From Peptococcaceae bacterium (GTDB lineage: Bacteria; Bacillota; Desulfotomaculia; Desulfotomaculales; Desulfocucumaceae): a stretch of 32,000 bases of DNA. Both the position numbers and the translations under genes were made by a program. The stretch is taken from the NCBI GenBank assembly GCA_037444185.1, contig JBBIMW010000002.1, forward strand, positions 73,433 through 105,432, read 5' to 3'. How positions within the stretch are numbered: the first letter of the stretch is position 1; each line of letters opens with the position of its first letter. This document shows, in pieces, positions 26,126 to 32,000 of this stretch. The notes beneath the pieces were generated by a model, which saw nothing but the letters and a program-made list of their open reading frames with translations, was not told where the DNA came from and did not search any database.

Positions 26126-27535
26126 TCATGATGTTTGCAGAGGTTTACCCGGGGGTACCCGCCTAAAAGGCTGCCGCGCCGCTTTGGGCACAAGGCCGCC
26201 CACCGGACAGCGCTTCACGCACTCGCGGCAGGACTCACAGCCCAACTCCTCCATGTTTTTATCCTCTTTTGACAATACCACCCTATAATTGTTGACACGC
26301 TTCAACTGAAGGGCATCCGCACCGTTGACCTGTTTGCAGGAGCGGACACATATACCGCATGCCACACAACGGGAGCGGTCAATAAGGAAGTAGGGATTGC
26401 TCTCGTCGATTTCCATTAGAGGCGTTGGGCTGCCAATCATTTCCTGATAGACACCCACGAAATTGGCTACCTCCTGCAGTTTGCAGCGGCCGTTTTTGGA
26501 GCAATTCAAGCAGTCACCATTATGGTTGGCCAACACATTTTTCACCGCTGCCGCCTGTGCTTCCTCCACTTCCGGTGTGTTGGTGCGCACCACTGTTCCT
26601 GGCTTTGCAGGCGCAGTACACGCCGGCACCAGCTTGCCGTTGACCTCCACGGTGCAAACCCGGCAGCCGCCGGAACCTTTAAGCTCGGGGTGATAGCAAA
26701 GATATGGGATGTAAACACCTATTTTCATGGCTGCCTGTAAAACGGTGGAGCCTTCATTTATACTTACCGCCATGTCATCCATGATGATGGTTACTTCCTG
26801 GGCGACTGCGGCCTGGGGTGGCTGAGTCACTGCTTCCGGAGGGGCTTGCAGCTTCTCAGCGATTTTTGCGGGAATAACATCCTGATCCATCTGGCCAAGC
26901 CTCTTGGGCAGAAGGGCCCCCACCGGGCACCGGGCCACGCACTCTCCGCAGGACACGCAATTCGACTCCTGCAGCGGCTTGTCTCCAAGGGTGCTTATTT
27001 TGGTGTCGCGGCCCCGGGAAGCGTAATCAATGGCGCTTATTTGCTGGATTTCCGCGCATGTCCTTACGCAGATGCCGCACAAAATGCAACGGTTATAGTT
27101 TCTTAATATCCACGGGTGGGTTTCATCGATGGGCTTGTGCAACTCAACAGGCCGCAGCTCTTTGCGCTGGACCGGGTCGATCCCTGCAAACCGGGCCACT
27201 TCCTGCAGTTTGCAGTTGAGGTTTTTATCGCAGGCAAGACAGTCCGAATCATGCTCGGCAATGATAATCCCCACAACTGTGCGGCGATACCTGTCCAGGG
27301 CCGGACTCCTGGTTTTGACCACCATTCCTTCGGCAATGGGGGTTCTACAGGAAACAACCATTTTTCCATTCGCCTCCACCATGCATACCCGGCAAAAGCC
27401 GGTGGGCTTTAAGTCGGGATGATGGCAGAGATAGGGTATATAAATGCCATTATCGGAGGCCGCTTCCAAAATGGTTTTTCCCTTTTTGGCGGAAGTTATG
27501 GCCAGACCATCTATGGTAAGATTAACCGCTTCCAT
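26126..27535 (-). CDS. Duplicated [2Fe-2S] + [4Fe-4S] electron-transfer protein (NuoG/HydA N-terminal-like modules, no catalytic domain)
   Basis: 469 aa; two successive modules: 'CHHPDLKPTGFCRVCMVE...CLACDKNLNCKLQ...CILCGICVRTC...CVSCGECVARCP' and 'CYHPELKGSGGCRVCTVE...CLNCSKNGRCKLQ...CVACGICVRSC...CESCRECVKRCP'. Confidence 0.88.
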   Translation of the reverse strand: MEAVNLTIDGLAITSAKKGKTILEAASDNGIYIPYLCHHPDLKPTGFCRVCMVEANGKMVVSCRTPIAEGMVVKTRSPALDRYRRTVVGIIIAEHDSDCLACDKNLNCKLQEVARFAGIDPVQRKELRPVELHKPIDETHPWILRNYNRCILCGICVRTCAEIQQISAIDYASRGRDTKISTLGDKPLQESNCVSCGECVARCPVGALLPKRLGQMDQDVIPAKIAEKLQAPPEAVTQPPQAAVAQEVTIIMDDMAVSINEGSTVLQAAMKIGVYIPYLCYHPELKGSGGCRVCTVEVNGKLVPACTAPAKPGTVVRTNTPEVEEAQAAAVKNVLANHNGDCLNCSKNGRCKLQEVANFVGVYQEMIGSPTPLMEIDESNPYFLIDRSRCVACGICVRSCKQVNGADALQLKRVNNYRVVLSKEDKNMEELGCESCRECVKRCPVGGLVPKAARQPFRRVPPGKPLQTS

Positions 27536-27561
27536 TTCCTCTCCTCCTTCCTTTGCGTACG

Positions 27562-29511
27562 TTAACGGCTTCCCGGTCTGCCCCGCTCTAGGACATTAAG
27601 CCTTTCCTGCCCGGTAACCCGTATTATAGCGCGGTATTTGTCAGGACAAGCGTCAATGCACACCCCGCACTTGATGCATTTATCCTGAATGATTTCCGGA
27701 GTCTTTCTCCACCCGCCCACTATTGCCTCGGTGGGGCAGGCGTCCATGCAAAGGCCGCAGGGATCGCAGCACCTGTCAGGATCGATCCAATAGGCGATAA
27801 ATTCTTTGCAATAAAGGGCCGGACAGCTCTTCTCGTGTATATGGGCCTCATATTCGGATTTGAAATAGCGCAGTGTGCTCAGAACCGGGTTGGGGGCGGT
27901 TTGCCCCAGACCGCAGATGGATCCGGCCACCACGGACAATCCTATGTTTTCCAGCAGGGCCAGGTCCGTTGGCTTGCCCCGTCCCTGGGTGATGTCCTCC
28001 AGTATTTTGAGCATCTGGTGGGTTCCTGCGCGGCAGGGCGCACACTGGCCGCACGATTCATTGACTGTGAACTCCAGGAAGTATCTGGCCACATCCACCA
28101 TGCAGGTGCTTTTGTCCATAACCACCATGCCCCCGGAACCCATCATGGCCCCGGCGCTGATCAGTGAGTCGAAATCCACCGGCATGTCCAGCATTTCAAC
28201 CGGCAGGCATCCCCCCGACGGGCCGCCGGTCTGCACCGCCTTGAACTCCTCTCCGGTGGAAATGCCTCCGCCGATGTCGAAAATAATTTCCCTCAGGCTT
28301 ATTCCCATCGGCACTTCAATTAGTCCACTATTTACAATTTTACCGGTCAGGGCAAAAACCGCCGTCCCGGAGTTGTTCTTGGTTCCCATGGAAGCGAACC
28401 AGTCCGGTCCTTTGGTGATAATTTCAGGAATATAGGAGAATGTCTTCACATTGTTCAGCAGGGTGGGCTTGCCCCCAATGCCCTCTTCGGTGGTGCGGGG
28501 CCTGGGCAGTACCTTGGGCATGCCCCGGTTGCCCTCGATGGATTTTACCAGGGCTGTGGACTCGCCGCAAACAAAAGCGCCGGCTCCTTGAAAAATTTCT
28601 ATTTCAAAACTGAAGTCGGTGCCCATTATATTCCGGCCCAGCACATTATACTGTTTGGCCTGGGCGATGGCTATCTTCAGCCGGTCAACCGCCAGCGGGT
28701 ACTCCGCCCGCACATAAATGTACCCGTGGCTGGCGCCGATGGCATAGGCGGCGATGGTCATTCCCTCCAGTACGGAGTGGGGATCCCCTTCCAGAACGGA
28801 ACGGTCCATAAAAGCACCGGGGTCCCCCTCGTCACCATTGCAAACCACATATTTGGGCTCGCCGGCGGCCTTGCGGGCGGAAGCCCATTTTCTCCCGGCG
28901 GGGAATCCGGCGCCGCCCCTGCCACGGATTCCCGAACGGGTGACCATGTCGATTATTTGTTCCGGAGTGTGCTGTGAAAGCGCATTTGCCAGCGCCTGGT
29001 AGCCCCCGATGGCGATATACTCCCGGATGTCTTCGGGGTTTATATGGCCGCAGCGGGACAGTACTATTCTCTGCTGTTTCTTGTAAAAGGGTATTTCCTC
29101 TTCGGTCAGGCATTTGCTGCCGTCCGGATTCTTGTAAAGGAGCCGTTCCACCACCGCGTCCTGCTCCAGTGAAGCGGCAATGATTTCAGCCACATCGCCA
29201 ACCTTCACCAGGGTATAGAAAACGCCCTTCGGCTCGAACCGCACCAGCGGCCCCATTTGGCAGAATCCGTGGCAGCCGCTGATGGCAACGCCGGCCTCTG
29301 TCTCCCCGCCCTCAAAAACAAGCTCCACATCGGCTGTGTGACCCTTCTCCGTCAGCAGCCGCACAAATTCATTGTAAACATCCAAAGCGCCCCCGAGAAC
29401 GCAGCCGGTGCCCGCACAGATCAGAAATCTGGACTTTTGCCGGGCAAAGGCTGTTTCACATGTCTTTTTAATCTCCGCCAAATGGCTTGGGGAGCTTACC
29501 TGCATCATCAT
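27562..29511 (-). CDS. NuoF/HydB-like NADH-binding FMN/4Fe-4S subunit with C-terminal ferredoxin domain
   Basis: 649 aa; 'GRGGAGFPAGRKWASARK', 'VCNGDEGDPGAFMDR', 'ESCGQCAPCRAGTHQM', C-terminal 'CDPCGLCMDACP' and 'CIKCGVCIDACP'. Confidence 0.93.
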   Translation of the reverse strand: MMMQVSSPSHLAEIKKTCETAFARQKSRFLICAGTGCVLGGALDVYNEFVRLLTEKGHTADVELVFEGGETEAGVAISGCHGFCQMGPLVRFEPKGVFYTLVKVGDVAEIIAASLEQDAVVERLLYKNPDGSKCLTEEEIPFYKKQQRIVLSRCGHINPEDIREYIAIGGYQALANALSQHTPEQIIDMVTRSGIRGRGGAGFPAGRKWASARKAAGEPKYVVCNGDEGDPGAFMDRSVLEGDPHSVLEGMTIAAYAIGASHGYIYVRAEYPLAVDRLKIAIAQAKQYNVLGRNIMGTDFSFEIEIFQGAGAFVCGESTALVKSIEGNRGMPKVLPRPRTTEEGIGGKPTLLNNVKTFSYIPEIITKGPDWFASMGTKNNSGTAVFALTGKIVNSGLIEVPMGISLREIIFDIGGGISTGEEFKAVQTGGPSGGCLPVEMLDMPVDFDSLISAGAMMGSGGMVVMDKSTCMVDVARYFLEFTVNESCGQCAPCRAGTHQMLKILEDITQGRGKPTDLALLENIGLSVVAGSICGLGQTAPNPVLSTLRYFKSEYEAHIHEKSCPALYCKEFIAYWIDPDRCCDPCGLCMDACPTEAIVGGWRKTPEIIQDKCIKCGVCIDACPDKYRAIIRVTGQERLNVLERGRPGSR

Positions 29512-29548
29512 CTAACCTCCTTATGCCGCCCTTGGCCGGGATACCCTC

Positions 29549-30010
29549 CTAATCCCTGCCCAGCGAGCTCCTTACTTTACCTGGCGCCATCTGACCATAA
29601 ACCTGCTTCCCGACCACCACCACCGGCGCTAAAGCGCACGCGCCCACGCAGGCCACCCGCTCAAGGCTGTATTCATAGTCCTCGGTGGTGCCTCCGTGGC
29701 TTATGCCCAACTCCCGCTCAAAGGCCTCCAGCACCCGGGTGGCGCCTTTCACGTGACAGGCGGTGCCGTAGCAAACCTTTACTTCGTGCTTGCCGCGGCG
29801 TGTGAAATAAAACTGTGTATAAAACGTGGCCACGCCATAGACATGGCTTTCGGGCAAGCGTACAAAACCAGCTATCTCCTTCATTGATTCCTCGGGCAGA
29901 TAGCCAAAGGTCTCCTGGGTATCCTGAAGTATTGGGATCAGTTCGTTGCCGGCTCCCTTATACCTGGAAAATATATTCTTTAGCCCTGCTTCCATTTCTT
30001 CCATAAGCAC
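29549..30010 (-). CDS. NuoE/HydC-like [2Fe-2S] subunit
   Basis: 153 aa; 'LIPILQDTQETFGYLPEESMKEIA', 'VCYGTACHVKGA', 'ERVACVGACALAPVVVV'. Confidence 0.93.
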   Translation of the reverse strand: MLMEEMEAGLKNIFSRYKGAGNELIPILQDTQETFGYLPEESMKEIAGFVRLPESHVYGVATFYTQFYFTRRGKHEVKVCYGTACHVKGATRVLEAFERELGISHGGTTEDYEYSLERVACVGACALAPVVVVGKQVYGQMAPGKVRSSLGRD

Positions 30011-30081
30011 GGGATCCCTCCCTCGTTTCTTTAGTTGAAAAAGTCCCTGGCTGCGCTGCGGCTGCGTGGGGCAGCCGCCTT

Positions 30082-30858
30082 TCAGGAAAAGGGCGCGCCA
30101 CCCGCTTCCCTCGAAATCTTTTCTTTTAGAGCTTCTATTTCAGCAGTAAAGCTTTTTCCGACATTCGAGGCGGCGGCCGGCGCCAGGGCGCTCCCCCAAA
30201 TATCTTCATCGAATCCAATCAGCCCCAGCAGATGATCGGGACCAAAGCTGCCGGTTATAAACTCCCTTTCCCTGTCAAAGCGAATTTTGTTTCCCACAAC
30301 CTTTGTTTTCCTGATTCCCAGTTCGGCGGCCATTTGCATTATGTGGCGGGCGGTATTCACGCTGTTGCGGTTCGGCTCCACCACCACCAGCATCAAATCC
30401 ACCCCCCTGGCGGTGCCCCGGCTGAGATGCTCAATGCCCGCCCCCATATCCATAATGACCATTTCTCCACGATCCAGCAGGAGGGAGGAAACCAGCGCCT
30501 GAAGGAAAGTGTTTTCCCGGCAGTAGCAGTCCGACCCCCCTTTTTTAACCTCTCCCATGCGCAAAAACCTGATGTTTCCGAGGTGATAAGCGTATTGTTC
30601 CGGCACATCGTCCACCCGGGGATTCAGCAGATAAAAGGAACCGCTGCCACTTCTGGCACTGATCAGATCTTTCATCTCAGCTATTGGCTTAAGCCGGGAG
30701 GCAACCTCCTCCGGGATGCCTACGGCCGCAGCCAGACAGGCGTCCGGATCCCCGTCGATGGCGTAGACCAGTTGCTGTGTCCTGGCAAAAGACAGCACCA
30801 GCGCTGCTGCAATGGTCGTTTTGCCCACTCCGCCTTTACCGGAAACAGCCAGTTTCAT
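30082..30858 (-). CDS. cooC: CooC-like nickel-insertion ATPase, second copy
   Basis: 258 aa; 'MKLAVSGKGGVGKTTIAAAL', 'MVIMDMGAGIEHLSRGTARGVD'. Confidence 0.9.
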   Translation of the reverse strand: MKLAVSGKGGVGKTTIAAALVLSFARTQQLVYAIDGDPDACLAAAVGIPEEVASRLKPIAEMKDLISARSGSGSFYLLNPRVDDVPEQYAYHLGNIRFLRMGEVKKGGSDCYCRENTFLQALVSSLLLDRGEMVIMDMGAGIEHLSRGTARGVDLMLVVVEPNRNSVNTARHIMQMAAELGIRKTKVVGNKIRFDREREFITGSFGPDHLLGLIGFDEDIWGSALAPAAASNVGKSFTAEIEALKEKISREAGGAPFS

Positions 30859-30889
30859 TAAATCACCCCTGAAAAATTTTATGCGGTTA

Positions 30890-31441
30890 TTAAGACAGGG
30901 CCCTTATGATACCCTCAACATATTCTTGGAACCGCTCCACCTTTTGGAATACAGGAGCTGTGTAATCGGCGTGGGGGTGACCGGCGCTGCAGATAACAAA
31001 GGTCTTGAGGTGAGGCGCATAGTGCTTCAGTGCGGACAGGCCGCCGGCCGCCAGATCGGCCCTGATTCCTGTTATTACCACCAGATCGTGGGGCCCCCAG
31101 CCCTTCACCCCGATCCAGTCCTTCATTTTCAGGAAGCGTATAATTTCAATTATATCGTAAACACAGTCTGGTTTTTTGCCGAGCTCCAGCATCTTTTTCT
31201 TTACGTGGGCCGTCACACAGGTGGGAATATTGATTGTCTCCACCAGCTTCAATACATAGTTGAGCAGCGGCCCTTCCTCCATCTGGACGGCCAGCGCCAC
31301 CGGCCCGATAATATAAAGCGGGCTCCTGGCCTGATTGATTATCTCAGCCGCCTCCACCGGATCGGCGATAACCCTCGCGCTTTTCGTGCCCGTAAGAACA
31401 TTTACCGTATAATAAGGCACGGTCATGGTTTCCCTTGGCAT
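30890..31441 (-). CDS. cdhB: CODH/ACS epsilon subunit (archaeal type)
   Basis: 183 aa; 'ARSPLYIIGPVALAVQMEEGPLLNYVLKLVETINIPTCVTAHV', 'GWGPHDLVVITGIR'; next to the cdhA-like gene. Confidence 0.85.
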   Translation of the reverse strand: MPRETMTVPYYTVNVLTGTKSARVIADPVEAAEIINQARSPLYIIGPVALAVQMEEGPLLNYVLKLVETINIPTCVTAHVKKKMLELGKKPDCVYDIIEIIRFLKMKDWIGVKGWGPHDLVVITGIRADLAAGGLSALKHYAPHLKTFVICSAGHPHADYTAPVFQKVERFQEYVEGIIRALS

Positions 31442-31482
31442 TGGCAGTAACCTCCCTCACAGGTTTTTTTATGACAGCTTTT

Positions 31483-32000
31483 CTACTTCACTGTGGCGGA
31501 AATGGGCACCTTGGTATCATAAGTGCCTATGATGGTGGGCAGGGACAAGGTGGCCTTGGGCTTCCAGCCCACTCCCTTGAGGTAGGCCAGCACCTCTTTT
31601 TTGTAGACCAGGGGGATGTCCCGCTCACTGCGAACAAAATTCTGTAGATCATCGGGAAGGGTGCCCATATATTCTCTGTATATGGAAATATAATGATGCA
31701 GCTTGAGGGCCCGGCCCATGGGGGTGTCATTGCGCCTCAGGCACTGCTTGATAATGGTAATCAGAGCCCTTTCCCTGCTTTCCACCACGATTGCCATATG
31801 CTCCGGCGTAGGCTCCTGGGTGTCCACCAGTTGCTCGGTCCGTCCGTCGATTACCGTCCAGTCGTCCTGTTCCTTCTTGCTTATGAACAGCCTTTTATAT
31901 TTGGCGCCGTGGGGACCAAGTACCAGCGGAATTCCCCACCGGTTGGCCCCGGTGCCTATGGCGAGGGCTTTCTGGGAATACGGGCCCCAAACCACTGCGC
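31483..32000 (-). CDS. cdhA: CODH alpha subunit (archaeal type), C-terminal part only, runs off the window
   Basis: Open frame continues to the window edge (upstream codon GCA at 31996-31998); 'GPYSQKALAIGTGANRWGIPLVLGPHGAKYKRLF...GWKPKATLSLPTIIGTYDT'. Confidence 0.78.
   Translation of the reverse strand, partial: AVVWGPYSQKALAIGTGANRWGIPLVLGPHGAKYKRLFISKKEQDDWTVIDGRTEQLVDTQEPTPEHMAIVVESRERALITIIKQCLRRNDTPMGRALKLHHYISIYREYMGTLPDDLQNFVRSERDIPLVYKKEVLAYLKGVGWKPKATLSLPTIIGTYDTKVPISATVK

Noticed and set aside
1-32000. CRISPR arrays, transposases/integrases or phage genes
   Set aside because: No regular direct repeat-spacer pattern and no mobile-element protein motif were seen; the window is filled with carbon-fixation and electron-transfer genes

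Overview
The window is almost entirely coding on the minus strand (transcription right to left). It carries a compact Wood-Ljungdahl / CO-dehydrogenase-acetyl-CoA-synthase locus, probably from an anaerobic Firmicute (lineage is inference). In transcription order there are three blocks. (A) An archaeal-type module: cdhA (C-terminal part, cut by the window edge), cdhB, cooC-like, nuoE-like, nuoF-like, a catalytic-domain-less protein with two tandem [2Fe-2S]/[4Fe-4S] modules, two tandem DUF166-like paralogs, short cdhC, cdhE, a second AcsE/MtrH-like methyltransferase, cdhD. (B) A bacterial-type module: acsB, acsC, cooC/acsF-like, acsD, acsE. (C) An electron-transfer/methyl-branch module: hdrA, mvhD, three Flx-like genes, an hdrBC/hdrD-like gene, a second hdrA, a second mvhD, metV, metF. 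The main points beyond annotation are these. (1) Both mvhD genes are split in the ORF track by an in-frame TGA at a conserved cysteine position. Each TGA is followed by a bSECIS-like hairpin, and the TGA sits at a different conserved cysteine in each paralog. (2) The full-length bacterial AcsB has lost the canonical Cys-Gly-Cys A-cluster motif (it reads Ser-Ser-Cys) and the neighbouring Phe, while the short archaeal-type CdhC beside it keeps CGC. (3) One of two near-identical tandem DUF166-like genes has only a CTG codon at the homologous start. (4) A terminator-like hairpin lies exactly at the boundary between the two ACS modules. No CRISPR array, mobile element, rRNA or credible tRNA was found.
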